Shown here: piece by piece, positions 1-14,304 of the stretch | Layout: each line of letters begins with the position of its first letter | How positions within the stretch are numbered: the stretch's first letter is position 1 | Source of the DNA: Mobula hypostoma | Taxonomy: Eukaryota | Direction of reading: 5' to 3' | DNA length: 64,000 bases | Assembly: GCF_963921235.1 (NCBI RefSeq) | Contig: NC_086097.1 | Coordinates: 161,574,001-161,638,000 of the forward strand | Position numbers and translations under genes: made by a program | Notes under the pieces: model-generated | Told to the model about the DNA's origin: nothing | The model's input: only the letters and a program-made list of their open reading frames with translations | Database searches by the model: none

Positions 1-1900
1 GATTATTAACATAAATAGTAAACAATTGAGGGCCATGAACCAATCCCAAGGATACTCCACTAGTCACAACCCTCCAGTCTGAAAGATACCTGCCTATTCA
101 AAGTCTTCTTTTTCCATGAAACTGCCAGTTTTCAATCCATGCTAACACACAACTTCCAGTGCCCTGAGCTTTTAATTTATGCACCGTTCTCCTTATGAAG
201 AACCTTGCCAAATGTATTTTGGGAATCTAAATACATTACGCCTATAGGTTCCCCACAATCAATTTTTCCATTATAACTTCAAATAACTCATGCAAATTTA
301 ACCTAAGAAGATAAGAAATAGGAGAAAGAGTGAGCCATCTGGCCCATTGAGCCTGCTCCACCATTTTAAAAGATCATGGCTGATCTGACAACAAATTCAA
401 CTTCATCTATATTTTAATTAATTTATTTATCAATACAGTGTGGAGTAGACTCTTCCAACCCTTCAAGCCATGCCACCCCAGCAAACCCGATTAATCATAA
501 CCTAATCACAGGACAATTTACAATGACCAATTAACCTACCTGGCATTCCACAGAGACTTCCTACAGAACGGCACCAGAATTGAACTCCGAACTTCAGAAT
601 GCTCTGAGCTGTAATAGCATTGCAATAACCACTACACTACAGTGGTGCATGCTGACCTGGTTTGATAATATTCAGCTTTCCTAAATGATTAGTTATTTCC
701 ACTCTGATCGTTGTCTCCAGCATCTTGCCAATAATAGATGTTAAACTCGCTGGTCTATAGTACCCTGTCTTCTATCTTCCTCCATTTTCGTACAAAAGAG
801 TTGCATTGGCCATTTTCTAATTTTTGACACCCTCCTAGAATTTAGTAAGTTTGAAAATTTTCAACCAGTGCTTTGCTTTGCAGGCACTTCAGTTAAAACC
901 CTCAGATTAAAAGCCATCATTTAAAGCCATCAGATCTCAGCAATTCATCAGACTTTAGCCTTATCAGTTTCTTTAATACTCTATCCCTAGTGATTGAGAT
1001 TTTTAAAGAGGTTCCTCCTCTTTATTTAAAATTAACTCATCTGTTATCCTTACAGTACACTCCACATCAAAGGCTATGCAAAACATCAATTTAGTAAATC
1101 TGTCACTTCTTTTTTTTCTATTTATAGTTCACCAGCCTTGTTCTGTGGAAGTCCCACACTTACCTTAGCCATCTTCTTGCTATTTATATGTCCAGAGAAA
1201 CTTTAACTGTTTGTTTTGCTAACACAAGTTTTCTCTCAAAATATTTTTTCTCTGTTCCTAGAGCTTTTTTGGTCCTCAATAAAAACTTGCCATCCTAAAA
1301 ACTTCCCAGATTTCTATCCACCAGCTACCACCACTTTATTTTATTTAGAGATACAGCACGACCAGGCTGTTCTGGTCCAACAAGCCGCACCAACCATTAG
1401 CCCACTTATTTAACGCTAGCCTAATCACAAGACAAATTATAATGACTGACTAACCTACGTCTTTGGAATGTAGGAGGATACCGGAGCACCCAGAGGAAAG
1501 TCACGCACTCCGAGGATTGCCGTACAAACTTCTTACAGAGGATACTGGAAATGAGCTCCAACTGTAATAGTATCGCCCTAACCTCTTCGCTACTGTAACA
1601 CCGTATTATTATGCTTTTTCATCTTAGCATTATCCTTGATTTCCTTTGTTAACCACACATTATGTTTTTTTTTCCCTCTCTCATGGAATTCCTATATCTA
1701 AATTGGGTGAATTTCTGCTGATCTTCATGGACTGGTTATTTGAAGATCTAGTACTGGTCACTTGCTGACTAGTCTCTTCACTATTTTTCTAGTTCACCTT
1801 TGAAAATTCCGTCTTCATACCTTTACATTTGCCCTTGTTTAAGTTGAAGACATTGCCTATGGTGTTCCTGCATCTGGAAATCTGTAATATTATTCTTCAA
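1..1900 (-). mobile_element. Highly decayed CR1 LINE ORF2 fragments interrupted by two V-SINE-like copies (~420-650, ~1335-1600)
   Basis: Reverse strand gives CR1-like RT remnants (YLDS.NTFGKV, YRPASLTS). The SINE copies carry V-domain-like sequence (ggagcacccagaggaaa, gtacaaac). Boundaries approximate. Confidence 0.55.
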
Positions 1901-3399
1901 GAGATCAAAGGCGATATCCTGCAGACAGTTCATGAAACTACTTCTTTTATTTCTTCTTTCAAATATGATTCTACTACTCAGCTGTGTGCGAATGGAACCT
2001 ATGACTCACATTTTGGTGGTGTGTTTTTGGGTCGATTGAGCAATCTGGTGCTCTGCTGTCTCCAAGGGAGCTGATGAGATTTGGAGTGGAGACTGCAACC
2101 AGGAGGCCTGACAGCCTGGAAATGGACACAAGTCCATGATCGACTTCTTTGCTTCTCTCCCGTTGAGGTGTCGAGCAAGGCTGAAATCAACAAGAACGAG
2201 AGTGGAGGACAGGTGGGTGTTTTTGGCCGTTTGCCTGCATTTGACTGATCTTCCTCTCCTTGCTAGCTGCTGTCAGAGGAAAGTGCAGGGGTCCTTGGAT
2301 CCACGCTGTAAGGATTGATCAGCAAGGTTCTGGACCCATTTTGGGGGACTTTGTGGCTCATGTTGCATGTGTTTCTGGATTCTGATTACTCTTTTTTTTG
2401 CTGTTTTTAAATGATTTGATTGGGGTGATCAATGTGAGTGGGGCGCTTCGGCAAAAAATAGCTCTGTGGCCTGCTGGTGGGCTAGTGGCACGGTGCTGAA
2501 CTGAACTAAACTGAATACCACTGGACTCATTGTTTGATGTTTGATATTCTATGCGTTGTTTGTTCGTTTTCTGCCATTTGCGCAATTTGTTCTTTTTTTG
2601 CTGGGTGTTTAATGTTTTCTTGAACAGGCTCCATGGTGTTTTTTTTGTTTCATGGCTGCCTATGGGAGGACAAATCTCTGCAGACGTACTTTGAACTTTT
2701 GAATATTATGACCAATACCTCTAAGGGTAACTTTGGCCACAAAATATCTAATTAATCTTCCTTATTATTCACATGTTTTTTGAATGCATTTGCAGAGCTT
2801 GTCTTCTTTTGTACATTGGCTGTTTGTCAGTCATTACTTGTGTGTAGTGCTTCCACTAATTCTACTATATTTCTTTGTTCTGCTGTGAATACGTGCAAGA
2901 AAATGAATTTCAGGGTAGTATATGGTAACATATATGTACTTGGATAATAAATTTACTTTCAACTTTGAGCTAAAATAGCTTGTTTCCAGGTTGGTTCGGT
3001 TACCTACTGCTCAAAGAAGCAATCCCAAATGTACCCTACAAAATATTCTTCTAATTAATCAGACCATTCAATTACACGTCATTTATATCCTGCAACAATA
3101 TATTTCTTAGCCACAATGCCAATGGTACTTCCTTTGCATTTTGAAAATTCAGTAGCTTCAACATTAATATAAATCCTTTCTAAGCACCCTTTACTGCAAT
3201 GATCAATCACATCTTCCAAAAAGAAACAATTTAGCAGGTACTGATGGAGTCCGTCTTGCTACACTACATTGAGGAAATGGGATAGAAAGGAAAAGACAAA
3301 AAATAAATAAATAGAAGGTAAGATCAAAGAAATACAAGTGGATAAATACTTAAAGATTGAAATTATATATAATTATAATGATAAAACCAAACTAATTAC

Positions 3400-3519
3400 C
3401 TGCAGGATACATTTTGGCTTGAAGCAAAGAAAAGGGATATGAAGATCTAGATCTGCTACTGGATAATGAGGACCTTCCCTTGAAGGCAACACAACCATCA
3501 GAGGATTCATGTTAAATAC
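3400..3519 (-). CDS. DENND3: DENND3 coding exon (VFNMNPLMVVLPSREGPHYPVADLDLHIPFLCFKPKCILQ); the gene continues beyond the left edge
   Basis: ttctctcag| acceptor, CAG|gtaatt donor, 120 nt, phase 0. DLDLH.P.LCF.P..LQ motif; lies inside ORF 3373..3600. Confidence 0.95.
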
Positions 3520-3829
3520 CTGAGAGAAAAAATAAAAAACTTCCAATTCGAAAACGTATTTCAATTGGTCAAAAAAATGAAATATGGCATTCTGAATCAA
3601 CAGTAAAGGAAGAAGGTGAACATGGCAAATGTACCTATAAAATGAAAAGATTCATTAATATAGAATGCTGTCAGACCATGAGTTAATGGAAACAAAGAAT
3701 TTGTATTTATATCACTCACACACAGGGCAGTATACGGAACAAGCTATGAGAGCTGGGTACAATGACAGCAATTGATACACATTTGGAAAGGTTCACAGTC
3801 AAAAAGGTTTTAGAGGGATATGGGCCAAA

Positions 3830-5230
3830 TGCAGGCATCTTTACATCTGCTGTTGAGGTAGACCCATTGTTTCTGCTTGCACCTGTCCCACTGAAATTAT
3901 ATATGCATAACTCAACTTTTTTATTGACCTCCCCCCCCCCCTCCAACCTACATCTGTTACACTTCGCACACTCTTAATCTTTTCAATGACCAAATTCTCT
4001 GGCCCTGATCGTCTCATTTTCACTATAGATATCCAGTCTCTCCATCCCCCTTCAGGAGGGCCTTAAAGCTCTCTGCTTCTTTCTAGACAACAGATGCAAC
4101 CAGTTCCCCTCCACCACTCTCCTGTCTGGCAGAAAAAGTTATCGCCCTCAATAATTTTTCCTTCAGTTCCTCCCACTTCCTTCAAACTAAAGCTGTAGCC
4201 ATGGGCACTTGCATGGGTTCCAGCTATGCCTGCCTTTCTGTCGGCTACATGAAACAGTCTATGTTCCAAGCCTACACCGGTATTGCTCAACCCTTCCTAC
4301 GCTACATCGACAACTGCATTGGTGCTACTTCCTGCACCCACCTGAGCTCACCGACTTCATCAACTTTGCCTCCAAATTTAATTTCCAACACTTCCCTCCC
4401 CTTTCTCGATCTCTCGACCACCTCAGGAGATGGTCTATCTACTGTTATCTTTTATAAACCCATTATTCTTACAGCTACCTCAACTATACTTATTCCCACC
4501 TTGTCAGTTGTAAAAATGCAATCCCCTTCTCTCAGTTCTTCTGTCTCTGCCACACCTGCTTTCAGGATGAAGTTTTTCATTCCAGTACTACTGAGATGTC
4601 CTCCTTCTTCAAAGAAAGGGCCTTCCTCCACCATCAACGCTGCCCTCACCTGCATCTCTTCCATTCTGCATATGTCTCCCCTCACCCCATCCTCCTGCCA
4701 CCCCACTAGGGATAGGGTTCCTTGTCCTCACCTACCACCCCACTCCATGTCCAGCACATAATTCTCCATAACTTCTGCTGTCTCCAATGGGATCCCACCG
4801 CCAAGCGCACCCTTCCCTGCCCCCGGCTCTCCACTTTCCATGGGGATCGCTCTACGCGACTCCTTTGTCCACTTGACCCTTCCTACTGATCTCCCTCATG
4901 GTACTTATCGTTTCAAGCAGAACCAAGTGCCACATCAGCCCCTGAAACTCCTCCCTTGCTACCATTCAGGGCTCCAAACTGTCCTTCCAGGTGAGGTGAC
5001 ACTTCACCTGCAAGTCTGTTGGAGTCATCTACTCTATCCAGTGCTCCCAGTGTGACCTCCTATATATTGGTGAGACCCAATGTAGACTGGGAGATCACTC
5101 CATCAGAAAAAGCTGGATCTCCTGGTAGCCACCCATTTCAATTCTACCTCCCATCCCATTCTGTCATGTCTGCTGCAATGAGGTTGCAGGAGCAACATCT
5201 TATATTCCACTTGGATAAGATATTCCAATC
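3830..5230 (+). mobile_element. Penelope-like retroelement (RT plus GIY-YIG remnant), decayed; resumes at ~7325-7730 after an L1 insertion
   Basis: Translated motifs NNFSF.SSHFLQTK, AMGTCMGSSYACL, FLRYID, RDRVPL, YIGET. The pLTR-like tail at 7340-7730 has a degenerate hammerhead core. Confidence 0.8.
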
Positions 5231-5231
5231 G

Positions 5232-7326
5232 TTTTTTTAAAATTATTTTTAAAACTACAGTGAAACTACAGAAAAAAACCCAACAACAAAATGGAGATTT
5301 ATACAGTGCAAAACAATCCAATATGTAATTCTAACAATAAGAAAAAGCACCCAAAAGAGAATTATATAAAATTAGTATCCACTCCAACCGCCCACTGAAA
5401 AAAAAACCCAGGCCAACCATTTCTGCATATAAAAGAAAAAAAATTAATTGGCGCATTCAACCCCAGAGAACTGTAAATATATATATAGGAAAAAAGTATA
5501 ATGCCGACTACCAAAAGTATAATGTAATTCACAACAAAAAACCTGTATAACATACAAAAAAAGCTGAAAGTAAGGGATTGCAGCATACAGAAAAGGATAA
5601 ACTTAACCTACAGAAGAGTTATGAAAATATTCAAGAAAAGGTCCCCACACCTTATGAAACATTATGTCCAAATTAAGGAGTGAATAATTAATCTTTTCGA
5701 GGTCTAAACAGGCCATAACATCACTAAACCATTAAGTGTGAGTGGGTGGGGAAGCACCTTTCCACCTAAGAAGAACCAACCATCCAGCCAAGAGAGAGGC
5801 AAAAGATAATGTTCGACATTTAGTCGGATTCAAGTTCATATTTACTTCACCCAAGGTGCCAAAAAGAGCAACCAGAGGGTTAGGTTCAAACCAGTAATTA
5901 AGAATATGAGATAGGGTTGAAAAACCTTCTCTCCAGAATTTCTCTAGACTAGGACAGGCCTAGTACATATGAATAAGGGAAGCCTCAGCCCCTTTACACA
6001 TCACAGACAGGACTAATGTCAGGATAAAACTGCGATAATTTAGTTTTAGACATATGAGCCCTGTGTACAAACTTAAACTGCAAGAGGCAGTGGCGAGCAC
6101 ATAGAGAGGTTGAGTTGACTGACTTAAGAATTGAATCTCAAACCGCATCAGATAAGGAGATATTTAGATCTTGTTCCCAGGCAGTTCTAATTTTATCGAA
6201 AGGGGCACGCCTCAAAAATCACTAACTTATCCCGAATAGCAGCTATTAAACCTTTACCCAATGGATTGATACAAAGAAACAAGTCCAGAACATTTTTCTC
6301 AGGCATCTCAGGAAAGTTTGCTATCAAAGGGTTAATGAAATGTCTAATTTGAAGATATCTAAAGAAATGAGTATTAAGTAGATTAAACTTTACAGACAGT
6401 TGTTGAAAAGTTGCAAAACGATTATCTATGAAAAGATCTTCAAAGCGCCTAATACCCTTTCTATATCAGTCATAAAATGTTGAATCCCACATAGAAGGTA
6501 GGAAAAGATGATTGTGTAAAATAGGGCTAGAGAGAGAAAAACCATCAAGACCATTAAATTTTCTGAACTGAGTCCATATTCTTAAAGTATGTCTGATAAG
6601 AGGATTATCAATAAGTCTAGGGAAATGACAAGGAAGTGCGGAACCGAGAAGTGCAGAAATTGAAAGATCCTCAGTAGAGTTCAACTCCATTGCCACATGT
6701 TTTGGGCAGTCAGACTTATTATGGAAGAAAGACCAAAAAATAAGACAACGAATATTGGCTGCCCAATAATATAAATGAAAATTAGGCAAGGCCATACCAC
6801 TTTCCTTTTTAGATTTTTGAAGATGAGCATTATTAAGTCTAGGGCGTTTACCCTTCCATAGATAAGACAAAATAATAGAAGCTAACCCATCGAAAAAAGT
6901 TTTAGAAATAAAAATAGGTAAAGACTGAAATAGATACAAAAATTTAGGAAGGATATACATTTTAATAACATTAATATGACCTACAAGAGACATAGACAAG
7001 GGTGGCCACAGTGTCAAACTCTGTTTTGTAGAATTTAGAAGATTGGTAAAATTTTCTCGAAAAAGATTCTTGAAGTTCCTTGTTACCGTAATACCAAGAT
7101 AAGTGAATTGATTGTTAACTACTTTAAAAGGGAGGTCATGGAATACTAAAGCTTGTGCTTCTCTATTAACTGGAAAGAGTTCACTCTTATGTAAATTAAG
7201 TTTATAACCAGAAAGTTGACTAAATTTATTAAGAAGGGAAAACATTGAGGGCAAGGAGGTAATCGGGTTTGATATAAAAAATAAAAGATCATCAGCATAA
7301 AGGGAAACTTTATGCTCAACACCTCC
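5232..7326 (-). mobile_element. 5'-truncated L1/Tx1-clade LINE (RT C-terminal half through 3' UTR) inserted in the Penelope element
   Basis: ORF 6466..7356 has KVSLYADDLL, SGYKLNLHKSE, YLGI and LPKFLYLFQSLP. A-rich 3' end near 5232; tccaatc on both flanks is a possible TSD. Confidence 0.85.
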
Positions 7327-7739
7327 AATCTGACTGCATGAACATCGATTTCTCAAACTTTCACAAATTGCCCCCCTTCACCATTCCCTATTCTTGTTTT
7401 CCTCTCTTATTTTATTTTCTTAACCGCCCATCACTTCTCCTTGGTGTTCCTCCTCCTTCCCTTTCTTCCATGGTCTCTTGTCAGATTCCCCCTTCTCCAA
7501 CCCTTTAGCTCTTTCACCAATCAACTTCCCAGCTTTTCACTTCACGCCCTCCCCCTCTCCCGGTTTCACCCATCATCTGCTACCTTGTACTTCTTCCTCC
7601 CCTCCCCCCACCTTCTTACTCTGACCTCATCTTTCTTTCCAGTCCTGATGTCGGATCTCGGCCTGAAACATCGACTGTTTACTTTTTTCCATAGATGCTA
7701 TCTGGACTGCTAAGTTCCTCCAACATTTTGTAATAATGA

Positions 7740-8090
7740 TTATTGACTGGGCTTGTCAGGCAGATATATGGTGGATGTATCCACCGGATGGAGATTATAA
7801 ACCAGGGGTCAAAATCTCAATATAGAGTGCAAGGCATTTAGGATCAGAATGAGGAGAAATTTCAAGGCGTGGTGAATCCTTAAATGTCTTCGGTAATCTA
7901 GCCTCCACAGAACACTGGAGTCCAGATTGCCAAATACATTTAATGAAGAAATAGAAGATCTCAAACACAAAGGCATCAAGGATTGTGGAGGGGAGTGAAA
8001 CAGGAATAAGGTGCTCTGATAAAGAATCAGTTATCAAAGTGTGGAATGGTATCAAAGGGCTAAGTGCTCCAATGTTTCTATGTTCTTATG
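7740..8090 (+). mobile_element. Decayed CR1 3' end
   Basis: F..EMRRNF remnant and a ttctatgttct-type tail. Confidence 0.5.
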
Positions 8091-8110
8091 ATGAAGGCAC
8101 AATGTCTTAC

Positions 8111-8222
8111 CAAATGGAGCATTCCAGGTGGTGGACTGGGCACCAAAGCTAATTTTGCTGCAAATTGTCTCACTCTATGATCAAAATCCAGCTCTTGACA
8201 TGATTTCATATGCACCATCAGA
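8111..8222 (-). CDS. DENND3: DENND3 coding exon (SLMVHMKSCQELDFDHRVRQFAAKLALVPSPPPGMLHL)
   Basis: ctcttttag| acceptor, TTG|gtaaga donor, 112 nt (phase 2 to 0). FAAKL.L.PSPPPG.LHL motif. Confidence 0.95.
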
Positions 8223-8979
8223 CTAAAAGAGATCACAAATCTTGTAAGCACAATATATAAGACAATGCAGTTCCTAACTTCTATTAAAAATGTAAAATAA
8301 CAAGATGCTTCTTGATTTTGAAAAACTAAAACTACTTATTTTTAGTTATTAGAACTGTTTCTTATTCTAGTCCTATATTTCTAGGACTCATTTCCTGGCT
8401 TTTCTTACCAGTAAAATCAACTAACCCATGCAGCTTACAAGAGTAGGCAGGGGCTCTGCTTTGCACGAGCCAACTGATCACCTTCTAACTCTTCACTACC
8501 AATTATGCCTAAGAAAGAAATTATTCCATATTTGCCATAGCAAGCCAGGCCATTAGGACAGCATTTGTGCCTAGCCACATCTACCAATTCTACTGCTAGT
8601 CTGATGTATGAAAATTTGAAGCTCTCCGAAGTATCCAGTTACACAATTTCAGGAGCAGAGAAAAGGTAAATGATTACCATCAACTTCAATTTCTGCATTA
8701 AGTCAAAGACTTACTTGTAAAGCTATATGGCATTATTTCACCATCAAAAATAATTAAAATCAAAGCTCCTTAATGAATTATGGAGAAAACTCAGAACCAC
8801 CTACAGGGAATATTTAGAGATAAATGTCCCACATAATATTGTACCCTCCTTAAATAATTCAATTATAACAATGAAACCACACTTGTGTTTTGCTTGGAAA
8901 CTATCCATAGATTCTGGAGTCACATCTTAAAACAATTTGTGTGCCTTTCACAAAATGTACTAGAACCCATCTATAAGTG

Positions 8980-10230
8980 AAAAAATAAAGCAGCCACGAG
9001 ATTTAAGGATGTTATTGAAAATTTGAAGGCTAGGCCTTGGCTACAGAATGATATTGATGAACTAATAATTTAACGGAAGACATAATTTAACCCTGAAAAG
9101 TGTGCGATGATATACTTTTGGAGGATGTACAACTAGGATATCAGAATATATCACAGGACCTGAGGAAAATCTGACAGAAGAACCTTAGCATATCTGTTTA
9201 AATATCGCTGAAGGAAACAGCACAGATAGATAAAAGTGCTCAAGACGGCATGCAGTATACTTGCCTTCATTAAAAGGGTACATCAGGGTATTTATGGGAC
9301 ACATGTAGGCTATTCAACCATACAAGAAAACAGGAGCAGGACTAGGCTATCGGAACTTTCAAGTCCACCTTATAATTTAAAATAATCACAGCTGATCATT
9401 GGTAGTGCCATTTCTCCACACTCCTCTGTTCATTATTCAATAAGCATCTACGCACAGTCAGTTCATATACTTCTAAAGCTCCAGCTTTCACCACCCTCTA
9501 GAGAAAAGAATTCCAGAAATTCTTCATCTGTGGCAAGGAATTTCAATGTGCCTCTGTTTTAAATGACACATCACATTTTGTAGTGATGGCCTGTCATGTT
9601 CACTGTACTCCAGCTGGAGTACAGTTTGCGGTTTTTGTTCCTACACTAGGAGGAATGAGATGGCACTAGAGAGAATATGAAAAAGAGATTCACAGAACAT
9701 AGAACAGCACAGAATGGGACTTTAGGTCCACAATGTTGCGCCGACTAGTATAAATCTACACTGAGGTCAACTTAACTCTTCCCTCCTACGGACCCCATAC
9801 CTCTTCATTTTTCTTGCATCCATGTGCCTATCTAAGAGTCTCTTAAGTGCCCTTATTGTATCAGCCTCCACTATCATACTTGGCAGTGCATTCCAGGCAC
9901 CCCCTACTTGGCGTTTTAAAAAAAAATACTACCTCTGACATCTCCCCTAAATTTTTCTCCATTCACCTTAAACAGATGTCCTCTGGTATTGGTCAGTTCC
10001 GCCATGGGGAAAAAGGTGCTGTTTTGTTTTCCCCTGCAAATAAGGTGGTTGAAGTTTAAACTTCCATAAGGAGTGATGGAGGTAGATACTCTCATACAAT
10101 TTGACATTTTGATGAGCACTCAAAACCACATGGCTGGAAAAATGGGATTAGTACTAATAAATACATAATGGCTGGCATGGGCAAGGTGGCCCAAAGGGCC
10201 TGTTTTCTGGCTGTATGACTATGACTGTAA
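8980..10230. mobile_element. Nested decayed CR1 3' fragments in both orientations
   Basis: FNPEKC remnant, agaacatagaac tail, and TRGHLFKVNGEKFRGDVRG in ORF 9916..10119. Confidence 0.55.
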
Positions 10231-10602
10231 CAAAAAAAAACTTTCAGCATCTTCAACACTGCAACTAATACAACAGAATCAATCTTCAGTTTAAGCTACA
10301 AGTTTTTTTTCTATCACTAGCCATGCAAGATTGTTCAAGAAATTCAGAGAACAAGTACGTGTTGCGGATAATAACTCTTAAAAAACTTAAATCATTCTAT
10401 TGAAGGAGGTAGTTAAGAAAAAGACACAAATTCCAGATGTCTTGAATAACCTAACAGAGCCAGATACTGACTTCATTCAATCAAGGTTTGACTGACTTGA
10501 GCGTATTGCAGGACAACCACCAAAAATCATGTAACGCAACTAGCAGTTAAAGCGATGCAAATTCACTTCAAGATAAAATTGCAACGATTTCCTCGTGCTT
10601 AC

Positions 10603-10739
10603 CTGGAAAGGCAATCCTTAAAGGCTGTATAATAAGGGAATTTGGATATTACACAGACACTGAAGGGAGCATAGAAATTGGGTAACTTTGGTTTGTGCAT
10701 ATTCAAATTTGCTAGTCCATATTGGAAACTATTTTCTTC
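10603..10739 (-). CDS. DENND3: DENND3 coding exon (EENSFQYG...FYAPFSVCVISKFPYYTAFKDCLS)
   Basis: ttgcag| acceptor, AG|gtaagc donor, 137 nt (phase 0 to 2). PF.VCV.S.FPYY..KDCLS motif at the start of the DENN domain. Confidence 0.95.
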
Positions 10740-13220
10740 CTGCAAATTACAAGGTATTGTTAATTTTAAAGTGGATATCAGCAATAAAATGTTTATTTTG
10801 CAACAAAATTATAACTCTGAATTTATAAACTGAATAACCTACCAACCCATATCAGAATGTTGTAACTTCCATTTACAGAAATCAAAAGATAAAAGCATTT
10901 CATGCCCATAATATTAATTTACAAAGAGCCTTCTGATAATTTCTCCAGAAGCAACAAACTGAATAAAATAGGACTCACAACAAGAAGCTTTGATCTATGT
11001 AAAAGAAAGCCTAAGAAGAGAAATGTGGAAACAAAGATATGGAAGGGTCAAAGACACATGACAGTTCAGTACAAAGGAAAGAAGATGAGTGTGACTTCAT
11101 ATTATACTGTTAAAGATTATATTTATATGCTTACAATGTGTAAGTTAAAATACAGGGAGAAGAATATCAGAGAAGAAAATATCAAGGCATAAAAATGGTG
11201 TAACCAAAAGTTCATAAAGTCATAAAAATTTACAGCAGAGCTAGTGGTTAAATGTATACTCCAGCACTTGGACCAGAGCCAAATACATTAGTTCAAGGGT
11301 TAATTTATTATCGAAATATAAAATTCTGAAATTCTTCAATTCTTGTCCTTCAGATAGCCATGAAACCAAGAAAGGAAAGAACGACAGCATGATCATCAAT
11401 GCCTAAATCACCTCACCCTTGCCCGCACAAAAAAAAATGAACAAAATCAGAACAGGCACATCGACTCCCAAATCCACAAAGATCAGGCAAAAAACACTGA
11501 ATATAGAAAACTATAAGTCTGAAAAAAAAATCCATAGTCCAATTCCATGTTCAAAACAGAGAAAACAGGGGTAACATTCTCCGGGCACAGCGGCAGGCTC
11601 GCCCCTCTCCAGCAGCTGGCGCTCACCTTCCGCATTCGCCTCAATGTTTCATTCTCCCTTGTCGCTTTAATTGGCAAACTATGGAAGCTTTAATCGGCAA
11701 AATAGAGTTGAACTTGGCTTGCGCCCTGTCCCGCGGTCCTGTCGCCATGAGAGTCGCACACACTGCTCGTCTCCTAGAATCCTCTCGGACACTGCAGAGC
11801 GCTGGAACACCCAAACGCTCTTCAAACTGCAAATCACAGGCTCCAGCGGTTTCAGAATCACAGTCAAGACGATAAACAAACTTAAATGACCAAGCAAGTG
11901 TAATATATGGTTTCATGATCTATCCAGAAGATGTTGACCATGTACACAGGCACCATCTTCCAGAAAGTGGTTTATATGTAAAAGAAATAAATTGGTGTGT
12001 GTAAATTAACAATTGCAAAGTGAGTGAGCTTGAAATGTGCACACTGAGAAAATGGGATAACTCCAAATTTCATAGATCAATAATAATAACACTCCAGATC
12101 AATCACTTTTGTTTCACATGCTCTTCTTGCTAAAGTAGTAGCTGCTACATTTTTTATCCTTACAAGAAGCACTTTAAGAGATTTTCTAAATCTGCAATCA
12201 TTTCCTAAGTATGTTCAAATCATCTAAGTCAGGCACTCAACTTTTCAAAACATTAGCTTCGTGAACTTTGTATTGGAAGTACCTACAATGGTAACTCTAA
12301 ACCTTTTCTGAAGGTATTAAATAGAGGCTCCAAGCAGACTAAATAAAATAAAGAGGATTAAAAATACAATTAGAAGAGCTGAGGCGATTGCAAACAAATG
12401 TTCAAAATTATGAGTTTTTATAAATCACCCTTGATGATAAAGAAGTTGATAACTAGAAAATATTAAAATAAAGATAAATCATTTAAAAAAGTGTTAAGAT
12501 TTAAAGTGTGGAGGCTGGCTAAGGAGTTTACCTGGAAATTTTGCAGAAAAAAAATTGCAAAAATATGATAAAAGCTATGATAAAAGGATTTTGGTAAGTT
12601 TTAAAAACCAGAGTTGAGTTTTCTGTGGTAACTGTAGTTCGAAATGAAATTAGAACAAAGAAAAAAAACAATGAAATGTATAAAAATCTTTAAAAAACGG
12701 GTGTGGGGAAAGGGCATGGTACTTCATCTAATTAATAGCTTTTCAATTTCCAAAGTTGGCAATCTAACACATTTTGTAACACTTGTTTTTTTTCCACTTT
12801 CATTTACAAGAAAAGGGAAGTTACATCAGTTCCTTATGCACAGAGGAATAGCTTGCCATACTTCTTCATCTTCCCACAAACCCTCACCAAAATCCAACAA
12901 TTTCCTACTTAACATGATTAGCATCCAAGATTAGTTAAACAGACAAAAAAATACAAACAAAATACTGCAGGATACTGGAAATCTAAAAGAACAACAGAGA
13001 ATGGCGGAAATACTCAGCATTTCAGATAGCACATAGAGAATCAATGTCTACAATAATTTCCATTTCTCCATGAAGAAATAATTCCACCTTGCATATTATT
13101 TAGAGAAAAGCACTGACTATAAACATGTACATACATTAAGAAATAGCCTAATTAAGACAACTTGCAAAACATAGTTCCTCTGGCAATCTACAAGTGGCAT
13201 AAAAATGCATTTTTATGTAC

Positions 13221-13336
13221 CTGAATATGCCTGTAGAATTGCACTACCACACCATAGGTCCTTGTTCCAAAAACATCTGTGAACACCAAGAAATGATAGT
13301 GGTCCTCCTTTGCTTCAGTTTCTATTTGCAGTCCTC
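13221..13336 (-). CDS. DENND3: DENND3 coding exon ([39 protein letters not shown])
   Basis: tttatag| acceptor, CAG|gtacat donor, 116 nt (phase 1 to 0). Carries the uDENN motif HFLV.TDV.G.RTYG. Confidence 0.95.
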
Positions 13337-14021
13337 CTATAAATTATTGTGCAGGAAGAATTCTTGGGAAGATGTGTTAAACAACATACACACACATTTG
13401 TAAAATCTGCGTAAAAACTGCCATTAATTTGCAAACAAACAATGCTTTCACATTTTTCAAAATAATCATCGCTTCACTACGTGGATTCTGTTGCCCCATT
13501 TTAGCTCAAATTGTTACAAAGTATAGTATGCATTCAAGCTTTTCCATCAGGAGCACAACACGGACCATTTGTCATCTTCCTGAAACATATCTTTTAGTTC
13601 ACGCCCACGTGATTGCCAATTATTATTTAAAGGCATCCGTTAGTCTTGCGAGACCATGGATCTGCGCCTGGAAAGTCTTCACTCTCCAGGGCGTAGGCCT
13701 GGGCAAGGTTGTATGGAAGACCACAACTATAATAGTATGGGGACAACAGAAACTCTACTTAACCTTTAACAATAAATTAACTTTGTCATAACTGTAGAAT
13801 AAATAGCTGCAATGTACTATGTTGCAAAAAGCTAATTTTCAAGACATTTATACCGAGTATTTGTGCCAATGATAATAACTTGAACGTAAAATTGAGGTGG
13901 AAGCAATGTAAAGCCTTAAGGCATGCAAGCACATGGACAATGCATGCCACATGTTTTGGGTTGGAATTCCAAGCAAGGAACTCAGGAGAATAAATATAAT
14001 CTTCAAATATAAATAACTTAC

Positions 14022-14304
14022 CTGGGAAACACAGCTGAGGTAGTCCTTGGAGATCTACCTCATTTGGAATGCTAAATTCCTCACTCTGTGGCTCTTTGTG
14101 ACCTGCATTTGCTTTGCTTGTGGCAGGATTTGTGTGCTTGAATTCCTTTCTCTTTCTAAATGAATGGCGTCTTGAAGATCTTGTAAAATGCCCTTCAAAA
14201 TGACTAGACCGATTGTCCTCTTTAGTAACAAATGGAGGAACATGAACAGATCGAACCTCTGGTGTAAGATAGTGATGTGATCGAGTACTATCTTTACTGA
14301 TTGC
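14022..14304 (-). CDS. DENND3: DENND3 coding exon (AISKDS...LTPEVRSVHVPPFVTKED...VDLQGLPQLCFPG), uDENN region
   Basis: Pyrimidine tract plus ttcag| acceptor, CCAG|gtaagt donor, 283 nt (phase 0 to 1). PEV.S..VPPF and LPQLCFPG motifs match DENND3. Confidence 0.93.

Noticed and set aside
11290..11960. GC-richer island with several short overlapping ORFs (a similar segment lies at ~1930-2700)
   Set aside because: It looks like a non-autonomous LINE-derived repeat, but I could not assign a family or support coding or promoter function.
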